Source: a virus
Length of the DNA: 44,935 nt
Virus genome (UHGV): UHGV-0175244
Strand: one strand, 5' to 3'
Positions within the stretch are counted from its first letter, which is position 1, and each line of letters opens with the position of its first letter. Shown in pieces: positions 27,977 to 36,815 of the stretch. The position numbers and the translations under genes are program-made. Under the pieces are notes generated by a model. The model ran no database searches, was not told where the DNA came from, and was given only the letters and a program-made list of their open reading frames with translations.

Positions 27977-28335
27977 GCGGACTCCATTTCGGTAATGGTT
28001 AGCTCAAGCCGCCCACCTTTGACTACAGGCATTCTCTTCACGCTGTAATAATCAACCTGCTGGTCATCGAGCCAGAAACCTGATTTCGTCAGAGCATCGA
28101 ATGCAGCCTTTTGCAGGTTGTCCAGGTCACGGCGCCGGCGATCCGGCATGTGGCACTCAATACGGATTTTCAGTGGTGTGGCCAGGCCGATATCAAGCAT
28201 CGAGTCTTTGATGATTCTGGCGACGCTGTCGCGGTATGCCTGCCCTTCCGCGCTGATGTGTGTGCGCCCCCGGTTGTGCCGGTAGTAACGGTTGTTGCTT
28301 GGTGGCCAGGGTAAAGAAATGCGATATTGGTTCAT
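27973..28335 (-). CDS. rusA: RusA-family Holliday junction resolvase
   Basis: [35 protein letters not shown]...[13 protein letters not shown] are typical RusA motifs. Start at 28335 (ATGA coupling). Confidence 0.85.
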   Translation of the reverse strand: MNQYRISLPWPPSNNRYYRHNRGRTHISAEGQAYRDSVARIIKDSMLDIGLATPLKIRIECHMPDRRRRDLDNLQKAAFDALTKSGFWLDDQQVDYYSVKRMPVVKGGRLELTITEMESA

Positions 28336-28622
28336 GCTTTTATCAACCCCTCTTTCATCCAGATAACCTGCGTGCGTGCCATGCCTTCCAGCGCGCACTC
28401 CTTTGCATATTCCGCATCGACCAGACGGGTGCGGCGATCAATCTCGTCGTGGCAACTGCTGCATGCGATGGTGGCGATCAGGTCAGGCGGCTTGATTCCG
28501 GTCCCGCAGAGGCCAGCAATACGGATGTGGGCCAGTACCGAGGTTTCAGAGTTGCCGTTGCATATGCCGGGGATCCGAACCTGACATTCGCGGCCGCGTG
28601 CCGCTTTGCATAAATTAGCCAT
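28332..28622 (-). CDS. YbcO-like (DUF1364) putative nuclease
   Basis: 96 aa with Cys clusters ([11 protein letters not shown]...CSSCHDEID). Size and position match DLP12 ybcO. Confidence 0.65.
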   Translation of the reverse strand: MANLCKAARGRECQVRIPGICNGNSETSVLAHIRIAGLCGTGIKPPDLIATIACSSCHDEIDRRTRLVDAEYAKECALEGMARTQVIWMKEGLIKA

Positions 28623-28785
28623 GCGCCTTCCTCGCCGCGAGACGCAGCCATTTCTGATCCACCAGGCGGGCGGTGTAGCCTTTCAGGGTCGGTATGTCGG
28701 ACGGCTTAACCGCTGGCTTGCGCTGGCGGCGCGCCGGAACGCGGAAGATTTCGTTTGAGATAACGCGGGAAAGTGGAGTTGACAT
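28615..28785 (-). CDS. ninE: NinE-like protein (56 aa)
   Basis: Not in the track. The C-terminus LVDQKWLRLAARKA resembles NinE LWDIRWLRRRARK. It is translationally coupled on both sides. Confidence 0.5.
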   Translation of the reverse strand: MSTPLSRVISNEIFRVPARRQRKPAVKPSDIPTLKGYTARLVDQKWLRLAARKAHG

Positions 28786-29240
28786 CAGGCCTCCTGCTTA
28801 TCGCGCAGCACCTGAAATTCGCTGCTTTGAGGTATGGTTAGCACCAGGCCAAACTGAGCGCACCAACCTTCCACCTGGCACATGAAATGATGCATGTCGC
28901 CAGTGTCCAGATCGGACGTGTGGCGCAGTTCTAATTCAATCGTCTTAATTCCGGTCACGAAGTCGGTGTATTCAACCTCTTCATAACCGAGATGGGTCTT
29001 TTTGAGGTTGCGCTTTACCCATGCAGGCGTGGCGTCAGTGCGCCCAGACTTGATCAGGTAATCGCTGATTTCCTCGTACCAGACATGGCTCAGACTATTT
29101 TGAGAAAGGCTTCTCTTCTCGCGCCAGTCTTTGAGTTGCAGCCGGAAGCACTCACCGTTTTCGAGAAGTGGCTTCAGATGCTGAGTGATAGCACCAAGAT
29201 TTCCACGGTGTAGCTTGATGCCGTCTTTGGGGAGAATCAT
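28785..29240 (-). CDS. YbcN-family protein
   Basis: 151 aa. Synteny ybcN-ninE-ybcO-rusA-ylcG-Q matches DLP12. Confidence 0.6.
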   Translation of the reverse strand: MILPKDGIKLHRGNLGAITQHLKPLLENGECFRLQLKDWREKRSLSQNSLSHVWYEEISDYLIKSGRTDATPAWVKRNLKKTHLGYEEVEYTDFVTGIKTIELELRHTSDLDTGDMHHFMCQVEGWCAQFGLVLTIPQSSEFQVLRDKQEA

Positions 29241-29332
29241 ACGGCCTCCTTAACGGAAACCGCAGAATGCAGAAAATCGCAGGTGCATTTCTGCATCTGT
29301 GACAAGGTGAGGAGTTCAGATTGTGTTCGCAT
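29237..29332 (-). CDS. Possible 31-aa ORF coupled to ybcN
   Basis: MRTQSELLTLSQMQKCTCDFLHSAVSVKEAV. AAGGGGA SD, and ATGA overlap with the ybcN start. Confidence 0.3.
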   Translation of the reverse strand: MRTQSELLTLSQMQKCTCDFLHSAVSVKEAV

Positions 29333-29423
29333 TTAAGTCCCCTTAAATGCGCAGAAGTCACCGGAGTTGTTCAGGCTCCGATGACATGATTATGGACGGT
29401 TGATTCAACAAAATCAACGCGAG

Positions 29424-29444
29424 AAAAAGGCCTCCGGAGAGGCC
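29424..29444 (-). terminator. Rho-independent terminator inside the rightward early operon (tR2-like)
   Basis: Minus strand: GGCCTC-tccg-GAGGCC followed by TTTTT. A 9-bp palindrome hairpin (29451-29472) lies just upstream. Confidence 0.65.
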
Positions 29445-29486
29445 CTGGCTGTCGATATGGGGATTCCCATATCGCTTGTATGGCAG

Positions 29487-29729
29487 TTACACCAAATCGG
29501 GCAATTTGAAGCCTGCCATGTCTTCCGCCCGGATTGGAGGCGATAGGCAGTCAGCAAACACCAGGGTGCCATCGAGCCAAATCACGAAACCCCACCCCAT
29601 AAACAGGTTGGCACTACACCAGTCAGCCTTTAGGGGCACATCTGGCATCTTGTCTGGAAAGACTGGGTAATGCTCAGCCAGCCACTCCATTGCGTCGCAG
29701 CGATTGAGAGTATATTTGTCGTACATCAT
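29487..29729 (-). CDS. Hypothetical protein (80 aa)
   Basis: Start at ATG 29729, coupled (ATGA) to the upstream gene. Confidence 0.55.
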   Translation of the reverse strand: MMYDKYTLNRCDAMEWLAEHYPVFPDKMPDVPLKADWCSANLFMGWGFVIWLDGTLVFADCLSPPIRAEDMAGFKLPDLV

Positions 29730-30115
29730 GCCTCCTGCTGTGGTGCTGCTGGCAGAGGCATCCAGTGGGTAGGCTCGCAATAACAGTCGAATCCGTGATA
29801 ATACTCACGCCCTCCCTTGTAGGTTGCTGTTTTTACTGGCGGGTCATTTGACTCACTGGCACGAGGCCGGAAAACTATGACCTTGCTTCCTTCCTCAGGC
29901 ATCCGCTCACTGCAAGCCACCCAACCATCCGGAATCACCGGAGAGTTGCCATCGACACCCTGAAGCATGGCGGGGCGGCCTTGCCACCCCTCCCACATTG
30001 CCGCCATCATCATGAACCAGACGTTTCCACAGCCAGCCTTTTTGTTATCAAAGAACCAGTCAGCAAATTCACGACTCATGCCGTTTTGCTCTGCTATTTC
30101 GTAGCGATCATTCAT
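29726..30115 (-). CDS. DUF551-domain protein
   Basis: C-terminal WVACSERMPEEGSKVIVF...THWMPLPAAP is the typical DUF551 pattern. Confidence 0.65.
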   Translation of the reverse strand: MNDRYEIAEQNGMSREFADWFFDNKKAGCGNVWFMMMAAMWEGWQGRPAMLQGVDGNSPVIPDGWVACSERMPEEGSKVIVFRPRASESNDPPVKTATYKGGREYYHGFDCYCEPTHWMPLPAAPQQEA

Positions 30116-30539
30116 TGTTCTTCTCCTTGTTGAGCATGGCGGCGCGGCAGACTCTGAAAGCAGATATCACCGCCAGTACACCATGATTCCATGCTTGCTC
30201 ATCAATCGCATCAGACTTGCGACAGATATCAATCGCCGCATCGAATATCGCGGATTCATCCGGCACAGATACCGGCGCTGGCGGGGCGGTGTAGACTTCC
30301 CTGACCGGGAGTTCCTCGTTAAATCTATAGTGATCAACATCCTCCTTCTTGATGCTTACCCAATCTCCGCCATGCTTTTTGACTTGCCATCCTGCAGGCT
30401 CCGCTTCGAGCGATGCCAGCGCAATCTTCATCGCTGCCAGCGCCATCGACGCATCTTCGTTTACTGCGCCTGGCGTCGCATCGCGCTCTTCTTCAAGCTC
30501 CGAGATGGTCTGCTGGAGCCATTCTTTGGTTAATGTCAT
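30108..30539 (-). CDS. Hypothetical protein (143 aa)
   Basis: ORF in a tightly packed early-operon array. Confidence 0.55.
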   Translation of the reverse strand: MTLTKEWLQQTISELEEERDATPGAVNEDASMALAAMKIALASLEAEPAGWQVKKHGGDWVSIKKEDVDHYRFNEELPVREVYTAPPAPVSVPDESAIFDAAIDICRKSDAIDEQAWNHGVLAVISAFRVCRAAMLNKEKNNE

Positions 30540-30542
30540 GGG

Positions 30543-30830
30543 TTAGTAGCTCCTAAAACCGTTGCAACCGCGAAGAAATTCGACGATATAACTCTTCATT
30601 TTTTCTTGCTCGCTGCCAGACCAACCATCCGGTGGTGTCCATGCCTCGACAATCTCTGCCATCTTTTTCGCTTTGGCTGGCGTCACATCAAGCGAGTCAT
30701 TGGTATGCTGATTGTTGATAAGCTTTCCCATGCCTGGAATATCCAGAACTGCAAACCACGTCCAATTAGCGAGTCCGAGGCCGGGAATACGTTGCCCACC
30801 ACGGCGTTTATCTTCGAGTTCAACTGACAT
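30543..30830 (-). CDS. Hypothetical protein (95 aa)
   Basis: Start at ATG 30830, just after the upstream stop. The longer track ORF overlaps its neighbour. Confidence 0.5.
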   Translation of the reverse strand: MSVELEDKRRGGQRIPGLGLANWTWFAVLDIPGMGKLINNQHTNDSLDVTPAKAKKMAEIVEAWTPPDGWSGSEQEKMKSYIVEFLRGCNGFRSY

Positions 30831-30832
30831 GC

Positions 30833-31234
30833 TCACTCTCCTTTGCCGGCTGCGGCGGCGCGTTCCGCGTCCCACTTCTGCATGTATTCTTCGATATCAC
30901 TCCATTCCTCACCTGAACTAGCCAACGCATCAATTACTGACTGGCGGTCACTGTGCTGTTCTTTACGCTCCAGTTCAGCAATCCGCTTCTCTGCGGCCAG
31001 GCATCGTTTCATCCATTCAACTCCAGATGCCGCAGCTTTATCTGCGCCTACAGATTCAGCCTCTGCCAGCTTTTCCAGCTTGAAGATTTGCCTCTCTGCG
31101 GACTCAAGGGCGTCGAGTGTCACTTCAAGGATGTCGCGCATTTTCTCGGCATTCCCGTGACTGGCTTCGTCGTAACGCTCCCATAGGCGTGAGAACTTCG
31201 ATTCGTATTGCGCCTGTTTGTCGATGTTGCTCAT
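30833..31234 (-). CDS. Hypothetical coiled-coil protein (ead/Ea22-like region)
   Basis: 133 aa, helical and charged. Confidence 0.55.
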   Translation of the reverse strand: MSNIDKQAQYESKFSRLWERYDEASHGNAEKMRDILEVTLDALESAERQIFKLEKLAEAESVGADKAAASGVEWMKRCLAAEKRIAELERKEQHSDRQSVIDALASSGEEWSDIEEYMQKWDAERAAAAGKGE

Positions 31235-31887
31235 TGGGCGGCCTCCTGGCGGTCTATGCGTTCAATTTCGGCCAGAATAAGTGCGCCAGCTTTCACCAGG
31301 TCACGGCGTGGATTTGTCGGCTTCCACCATTCTGGTGCCCACGGCCAGTTTTTAGGTGCTGGATGGATGTCATAAGGCGTTCCATCATCTTCAAAATCCC
31401 AGGATGCAGCGGCAGAATGGAACGCATAACACGATGCAGCAAAGGCCAATTCATTATTGTCATGCTTGTCGTCATGCTTAGACGTCCAGCCCTCAGCTGA
31501 TTGCTGGCGTTGACGCTCTGCAATTACTGACTGAACTGCATTGGATAGCGATTTCACACCCTGAGCCCGCACTTCATCCAGGAAAGCTTCGGTGGCCGTG
31601 GTTTCTGCTTCACGCATTAACTCCACAGCCAAGCCATAAAAATCATCTTTGACGCAATCTGCATACGCGATTCCATCAACGGTGTTCAAGTGTCCGTGGT
31701 TATAGCCTGCTGCGTAAACCTCTTCAGCCTGCTCAATAAGCCCCGCATTCTCCGCAGCCAGCGCCGCGCACATGGCATCCGCTTCGGCAAATTTACGCAC
31801 AAGATACTCGGCGTTGGTTTCGTTAACCTTCAGATCGCGTGGAATGCACTTGCCACGCAGAAAACCTTCCATCTCAAATAATTTCAT
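31231..31887 (-). CDS. Hypothetical phage protein (218 aa) with conserved C-terminal EGWT..HDD.H...WPW...KAGALILAEIERIDR domain
   Basis: Start at 31887 (ATGA coupling). I recall the C-terminal pattern from many phage proteins, but the family name is not certain. Confidence 0.55.
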   Translation of the reverse strand: MKLFEMEGFLRGKCIPRDLKVNETNAEYLVRKFAEADAMCAALAAENAGLIEQAEEVYAAGYNHGHLNTVDGIAYADCVKDDFYGLAVELMREAETTATEAFLDEVRAQGVKSLSNAVQSVIAERQRQQSAEGWTSKHDDKHDNNELAFAASCYAFHSAAASWDFEDDGTPYDIHPAPKNWPWAPEWWKPTNPRRDLVKAGALILAEIERIDRQEAAQ

Positions 31888-32198
31888 ACCCCTACTCTCC
31901 CCCAAACCATCAATACTCGCTTCATTGCTGCGCTGTTGCGGCACTCCTGAAATATTCCGTTGGTGCAGCTGCGTGCGGTACCGGCCTGCTCTTCCTGCGT
32001 GGCCAGGCGATAAGTCACCGTTCGCCATACCTTGCTCACGCGTACAATCTTGCGGGCCCGCTCCAGGTCGAGAGCGTTTTTCGTGATGCAGTTGATGGTC
32101 ATGCCGCACTCTGTGGCCACATCCTTCGCGGTGAAGGTCCGGTGCGTTTCGAGATAACGCAGAATTGCCTGTTTGCCTTTCATCGTCTTAGCACTCAT
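31884..32198 (-). CDS. Small putative winged-helix DNA-binding protein
   Basis: 104 aa (ILRYLETHRTFTAKDVATECGMTINCITKNALDLERARKI). Confidence 0.5.
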   Translation of the reverse strand: MSAKTMKGKQAILRYLETHRTFTAKDVATECGMTINCITKNALDLERARKIVRVSKVWRTVTYRLATQEEQAGTARSCTNGIFQECRNSAAMKRVLMVWGRVGV

Positions 32199-33561
32199 AG
32201 TCAGCCTCCTGTTGCATCTGGCCGCTGTAGGTGAAATCTACCGGGTCCAGGCCTGAGTAGCGGCTGCTGAAGTGGTAGGTCTTTTCTGCCCCCGGCGCAT
32301 GGCGGGACTTCACACAGATGATTTCGGTGATGCCTTTCAGTTCTGTGTTCGGGTTGTATTTCTCATCCCGGTAGATCATGAAAATCACATCGGCTTCCTG
32401 CTCGATAACACCGGACTCGCGGAGGTCAGCTGCGACCGGGCGCTTATTAGCACGTTCTTCGACCTTACGGTTAAGCTGAGCCAGTGCGATGACCGGGCAA
32501 CGCAACTCTTTCGCCAGGTTTTTCAGGCCGGTTGCGATCTCCCCTACGCTGCGGTTCATGTTCTCAGGGTCAGACATGCGCATCTTCTGGAGGTAATCGA
32601 CAATGACCACACCAAGTCCACCCAGTTTCTTGCTCATTCGCCTGGCTTCAGCACGCACCTGATGAACGCTGAGGGATGGCTTGTCGTTGATATAGATCGG
32701 GGCTTCGATGAAATCCTTCATGCAGTGGCCGACCTTTCCCCAGGCACCATCCATCACGCCGCTCTGCTTGCTGAGTAAATCCTCTTTGCTCACCCGGGCC
32801 CGGTGGAACGCGACTCGCTCAGAGATTTGTTCCACTGGCATCTCGAGACTGAAGAACAGCACCGGCTTTTTGTTTTTCAGGCCGACTGTCTCGGTCACTG
32901 TGGTGCTGAACATAGTTTTCCCCATGCCAGGGCGCCCGCCGACAACGATGAAATCGGTGTTGTTGAACCCGCCGAATGCGCTGTCGATGGTTGCCATGCC
33001 CAGCTCGGTTTTGTGCTTCCAGATATCGCCGCTGATAATCGACTGGATAGTCTCGAGGGACATGTCGATCCCGGTGGTGATGTGCTCGGTGCCGTAGTCG
33101 GTGTTGTGCTCGATGCCAGAGATATCCGCCTGTATGTTGCCGATGATGTCAGCGATACCCTCACTGGATGGTTCGGACAGCTTCTGGATCCCTACCTGTA
33201 GCGCCAGGGTCATCCGGCGGCCGAGATGCATTTCCCGCAACTTTTCGCAGTACGAGGCAAGGTTCGCGAACGACGGTGTGTTTTTGCTGCATTCAGCCAG
33301 GTAAGCGAATCCCCCGGCACTTTCCAGCGCGCCAAGCCGTTCAAGGTCGCTGGTCAACGTCAGCAGGTCTATCTTCTCCCCGGACTCGTTGAGGCGTTTG
33401 TAGGACCGCAGAGCCACCTTGTGAGGCGTTGCTGTGAAGTAGTCCTCAGTCAGCCCCTCAATCGCGTCAGTCGCCATGTCAACGCCGTCTGTGCGGCCCG
33501 CTGCGAGCATGATCCCGCCGATGACGGCCTGCTCAACGTACAAATCGATAAAACGGCTCAT
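32188..33561 (-). CDS. Replicative DNA helicase (DnaB-like)
   Basis: 457 aa with Walker A GRPGMGKT and a DnaB N-terminal domain (EQAVIGGIML). Confidence 0.9.
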   Translation of the reverse strand: MSRFIDLYVEQAVIGGIMLAAGRTDGVDMATDAIEGLTEDYFTATPHKVALRSYKRLNESGEKIDLLTLTSDLERLGALESAGGFAYLAECSKNTPSFANLASYCEKLREMHLGRRMTLALQVGIQKLSEPSSEGIADIIGNIQADISGIEHNTDYGTEHITTGIDMSLETIQSIISGDIWKHKTELGMATIDSAFGGFNNTDFIVVGGRPGMGKTMFSTTVTETVGLKNKKPVLFFSLEMPVEQISERVAFHRARVSKEDLLSKQSGVMDGAWGKVGHCMKDFIEAPIYINDKPSLSVHQVRAEARRMSKKLGGLGVVIVDYLQKMRMSDPENMNRSVGEIATGLKNLAKELRCPVIALAQLNRKVEERANKRPVAADLRESGVIEQEADVIFMIYRDEKYNPNTELKGITEIICVKSRHAPGAEKTYHFSSRYSGLDPVDFTYSGQMQQEADYEC

Positions 33562-34643
33562 GCTTTGACTCCCTTGCGCTCACGGTGCTCGTTGATGGCC
33601 TGCTCGTAGACAGATCCCCAGTTCTTCGGATTCAGTATCCAGTCGAGAGTCAGCCATGGCTGATCGCCTCTGGTGCCGAACAGGGAAGACTTGCTAATCA
33701 GCTCGAAGGCCATTCCCATGTGCTTCAGTTCTCGCCAGTTGCCCTGGGTGGTTTTGCCGTTCCACACAGCTTCCAGGTCTCGATAGGCCGGACGGCGGCG
33801 GTTCCACTCATGCAGTGAAACGGCCTTTGAAGGGAATTTTTCATTCCAGAGCTTGATGATCTCTTCGTGCGGACAGGCTGCCGGATTGCTTCCATGACCA
33901 TCTGCCCATATCAGGGCGTCTGACAGGTATCCATCAAAGCGGGTCATACGGCACAGGTTCTCTGGCTTGAAGCTGTGACCCCAGTTCACATGGGCCCAGC
34001 GGATAACGAGTTTCAGCTCTTCAGCGGTGTAGCACTGGTCTTTGCTCTTCACCGTGGAGAGAGCTTTCTCGAAAGGTGCCAGCGCAGCACAACGACTACC
34101 AGTTAGCTCGTTGAAGTAATCCATCACCTCCTGAGCGAGTGAGTTTTCCCCCTTGGGGGATTTAGGGGGATCTTGTCTTTCTGTATTTTGATTATTGTCT
34201 TTTGTGGTTAGCACCTTCTGCTTAGTTCTGTTAGCAACTTCCGCTAAGGTTTTCTTAGCAGGTTTAGCTAATGTTTTGCAGAATCCGTTAACCTTCGTTT
34301 CCCACTCGGAAACATTGGTATTCATGCCCACTTTGCGGCCTTCCTGAATGAATACCTTCTTGCCGATCAGCAGGTTTTTGGCAGTAGAGCAATGCGTGTG
34401 GTGCTTACCAACCATCTGCTCAAGTTGCTCGTTGCTGACCCAATCCGTTTTTTTATTGAAGCCGTATGTTTTGCGCCAGACGGCCAGCACAATGCACATC
34501 TCAGTTTCGCTCAAACCTGAAGCCATAACGGCATCAAGAAGCTCATTCGCGACGCGAGTGAACCCATCTTCCAGTTGCGCCACACGATGCTCCACGACCT
34601 CCAGCGGCGGCCTGTAGTCTGCTAAATGCTTAACGACGCCCAT
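33558..34643 (-). CDS. Replication initiation protein (lambda O-like N-terminal domain)
   Basis: GFTRVANELLDAVMASGLSETEMCIVLAVWRKTYGFNK is a typical phage O N-terminal motif. It lies upstream of the helicase. Confidence 0.8.
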   Translation of the reverse strand: MGVVKHLADYRPPLEVVEHRVAQLEDGFTRVANELLDAVMASGLSETEMCIVLAVWRKTYGFNKKTDWVSNEQLEQMVGKHHTHCSTAKNLLIGKKVFIQEGRKVGMNTNVSEWETKVNGFCKTLAKPAKKTLAEVANRTKQKVLTTKDNNQNTERQDPPKSPKGENSLAQEVMDYFNELTGSRCAALAPFEKALSTVKSKDQCYTAEELKLVIRWAHVNWGHSFKPENLCRMTRFDGYLSDALIWADGHGSNPAACPHEEIIKLWNEKFPSKAVSLHEWNRRRPAYRDLEAVWNGKTTQGNWRELKHMGMAFELISKSSLFGTRGDQPWLTLDWILNPKNWGSVYEQAINEHRERKGVKA

Positions 34644-34797
34644 GCTTCACCCCTGCCTGAATCAGTGCCAGTCTTGCCATGCCAACAAAGCGCTCAGCGA
34701 ACGCCCGGTTTTTTGAGGCAGCGACAACCAGGCCATCTGGTGAATCTGGGTGGCGACGTTCCTCTTTTTCCTGGTACTTTTTGCGAGTTTTTGACAT
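34630..34797 (-). CDS. Small basic hypothetical protein (55 aa)
   Basis: GGAG SD before the ATG at 34797. Confidence 0.45.
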   Translation of the reverse strand: MSKTRKKYQEKEERRHPDSPDGLVVAASKNRAFAERFVGMARLALIQAGVKHGRR

Positions 34798-34885
34798 ACT
34801 TACTCCCGTTACTTGGCGTAACACAGTGTGATAAGGGCCTTTGAAGTGACCGCTTCAAGGGCTTTCGCTTTTTTGGTAGTACCCA

Positions 34886-35452
34886 TCACATAACTCCCGG
34901 CGCCATAGCGGCCAGACTTGTCACCACCGCAGCGATTGATTCAGTTGGCAGGAGGCGCAGCAGTGCTTCAGCAGCTTCTCTCACCTCTTTCTCAAGGCGT
35001 TGTATCGGCTGACCAAGTAACTTCGCCTGATGCGCTTCAGTGCACTCTTTCATGGCCTCGGCTATCAGTTCGGCCTCAGTCTTTGCGACAAGACCGAACT
35101 CTCTCGCCACTTTCTCGTTATCCCGAGCCATCACATCAACAATGACGGGGATAAGTAGCACCAGGCCTTTATCGTTCTTAGGTCCCGGGTCGTTAATCAT
35201 CCGGAAGAAGTTCTGCTTGGTGTTGTGCTCAGAACCGGCCAGCAGCAATCCACGACCGCCGCGCGCCAGCCACTCCTTTGCTACCAGTTGCGAAATGTGA
35301 ACCTGAGCCTGTCCGGGCGTTGCCTTCTGCCAGGCGCGAACAGCTTCGCGGATCCTGGTCAGCTTACTGTTATTGCGCGGAACGCTTTGATTTATCGAAA
35401 TCATCGGATTCGCAGTGAATCCGTTATTCTCGTGATACGTAAGTGAATGCAT
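34886..35452 (-). CDS. YdaT-like regulator (CII-position protein)
   Basis: AKEWLARGGRGLLLAGSEHNTKQNFFRMI...LIPVIVDVM resembles Rac YdaT as I recall it. It lies directly after the cro-like gene. Confidence 0.55.
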   Translation of the reverse strand: MHSLTYHENNGFTANPMISINQSVPRNNSKLTRIREAVRAWQKATPGQAQVHISQLVAKEWLARGGRGLLLAGSEHNTKQNFFRMINDPGPKNDKGLVLLIPVIVDVMARDNEKVAREFGLVAKTEAELIAEAMKECTEAHQAKLLGQPIQRLEKEVREAAEALLRLLPTESIAAVVTSLAAMAPGVM

Positions 35453-35469
35453 TGCTTTCCCTTTCGTGG

Positions 35470-35703
35470 TTAGGCCGCAGTATCACGCGGCGATGCGAAT
35501 ACCAGGCTTTCTTTGAGGACCGGAGCCTGGCGGTGAAAATTCTTCGTGCCTTTTTCGATAGCAGATGCCATTTCTGGAGATGCCCGGCGATTTCCGTAGG
35601 CAATCTGGTCCAGGTAACCTGGCGTCGTGTTAGCCAACTTTGCGAGCTGTGCCCATTCGTCGGTAGTGGCGGCCTTGCGCCAGCGGTGTAGTTCAGTGCT
35701 CAT
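35470..35703 (-). CDS. Cro/YdaS-like HTH regulator
   Basis: 77 aa with an HTH (WAQLAKLANTTPGYLDQIAYGNRRASPEMASAIEKGT). It is divergent from cI across the operator cluster. Confidence 0.7.
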   Translation of the reverse strand: MSTELHRWRKAATTDEWAQLAKLANTTPGYLDQIAYGNRRASPEMASAIEKGTKNFHRQAPVLKESLVFASPRDTAA

Positions 35704-35735
35704 TGTTGTCTCCGGGTGAGTCGTTTAATTTGGAG

Positions 35736-35801
35736 TTTAGCGTTATGCTAAATACTACGCAAGCATCATTTAGCAATTTGCACATTTATCATTCTGCTAA
35801 A
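35736..35801. promoter_or_regulatory. OR-like operator cluster with candidate pR and pRM
   Basis: Perfect 17-bp palindrome TTTAGC-N5-GCTAAA at 35736-35752. Degenerate copies at 35769-35785 and 35785-35801. Minus-strand TTGCTA-16-TATTTA (35776-35749) is a candidate pR. Confidence 0.6.
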
Positions 35802-35819
35802 AGCAGTAACAATGCAGGG

Positions 35820-36497
35820 ATGGAAAATAAAGAAATCAGAAAAGCCAACCTGGAAGCGCTGTACGAGAAACGTCAGCACGAATCTGGAATGACCAAGGCG
35901 CAGTTCGCCGAGCTCATCGAGACAAGTCCGGCTGCGCTTAGCCAGCTACTGGGACCAAACCCTCATCGCAATATCGGCGATAAGATGGCTCGCAAAATTG
36001 AAACTGCGCTTGATCTGCCTTTTGGCTGGATGGATGTTTTACACGCCAGTGAAGAACCTTCGAACGTTGCATTTCGAGGACTTAACGAGATAAAAGGAAG
36101 TTATCCTGTGATCAGCTGGGTAAGCGCGGGGCAATGGATGGAAGCTGTAGAACCTTATCACCGAAGAGCGATAGATCGCTGGTATGACACGACCGTTGAT
36201 TGTTCAGAAGATTCATTCTGGCTTGACGTTAAAGGGGATTCTATGACCTCCCCGGCCGGACTGAGCATACCAGAGGGAGCAGCGATACTTGTTGATCCTG
36301 AAGTCGAGCCGCGCAACGGAAAGCTGGTTGTCGCGAAGCTAGAAGGCGATAACGAAGCGACCTTTAAGAAGCTTGTAATCGATGCCGGCAGACGCTTCCT
36401 TAAGCCACTTAACCCCGCGTATCCAATGCTAGAAGTTAATGGAAACTGCAAAATTATTGGCGTTGTGGTCGATGCAAAAATACTAAACATCCCATAA
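35820..36497 (+). CDS. cI: CI-like prophage repressor (HTH + S24/LexA-type autopeptidase)
   Basis: 225 aa from ATG 35820, with an N-terminal HTH and C-terminal GDSM...K (WLDVKGDSMTSP...ATFKKL). Confidence 0.85.
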   Translation: MENKEIRKANLEALYEKRQHESGMTKAQFAELIETSPAALSQLLGPNPHRNIGDKMARKIETALDLPFGWMDVLHASEEPSNVAFRGLNEIKGSYPVISWVSAGQWMEAVEPYHRRAIDRWYDTTVDCSEDSFWLDVKGDSMTSPAGLSIPEGAAILVDPEVEPRNGKLVVAKLEGDNEATFKKLVIDAGRRFLKPLNPAYPMLEVNGNCKIIGVVVDAKILNIP

Positions 36498-36515
36498 CCA
36501 CACGCAAAACCCCTC

Positions 36516-36541
36516 AAGCCCGCCATTGCGCGGGCTTTTTT
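36516..36541 (+). terminator. Rho-independent terminator of cI
   Basis: GCCCGC-cattgc-GCGGGC followed by TTTTTT. Confidence 0.75.
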
Positions 36542-36580
36542 GCGTCCCGAATTCCTGCGCTGTAAATTTTTAATCGCTTA

Positions 36581-36657
36581 TTAATCAAAAAGCTAAATAA
36601 AATCCGCCAATAATTTAGCATTTTGCTATTGCGCATAATTTAGCATCACGCTAAATT
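36581..36657 (+). promoter_or_regulatory. OL-like operator cluster and candidate pL (TTGCGC -17- TAAATT)
   Basis: Perfect TTTAGCatcacGCTAAA at 36639-36655 lies between -35 (36629-34) and -10 (36652-57). Degenerate copies at 36614-36630 and 36581-36597. Confidence 0.55.
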
Positions 36658-36721
36658 TACCCCATCGAAACGAAACATCGACAGCTGAGCGAAGTTAGCC
36701 AGCGGCGGATAGCGAGTCGCC

Positions 36722-36733
36722 TGCTCATTAAGA
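36722..36733 (+). promoter_or_regulatory. boxA-like element (TGCTCATTAAGA; compare rrn boxA TGCTCTTTAACA)
   Basis: It lies ~60 nt downstream of the predicted pL start. 10 of 12 positions match rrn boxA as I recall it. Confidence 0.35.
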
Positions 36734-36815
36734 ATTCAGTCAAGCAGCAAATCACCCGGAGCGCTCCTGGCAAATTGAAATGGCGCCCAATGGGATTGAG
36801 GCAGGTGTGTAACGC

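Noticed and set aside
29152-29361. 69-aa minus-strand ORF overlapping the ybcN start.
   Set aside because: It is Arg/Pro/Ser/Cys-rich (15 of 69 residues Arg or Pro) and overlaps ybcN out of frame. A 31-codon coupled ORF (29237-29332) is a more plausible, though still weak, alternative.
31231-31887. Calling the 218-aa ead-region protein a MazG-like or dNTP pyrophosphohydrolase.
   Set aside because: The C-terminal pattern (EGWT..HDD.H...KAGALILAEIERIDR) is only vaguely reminiscent. I cannot place the catalytic acidic motifs with confidence, so I left it as hypothetical.
31887-32109. N-terminal extension of ORF 31231-32109 (MRHDHQLHHEKRSR...).
   Set aside because: It overlaps the upstream gene (31884-32198) completely in another frame. 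An ATGA-coupled start at 31887 gives a compact gene array like the neighbouring genes.
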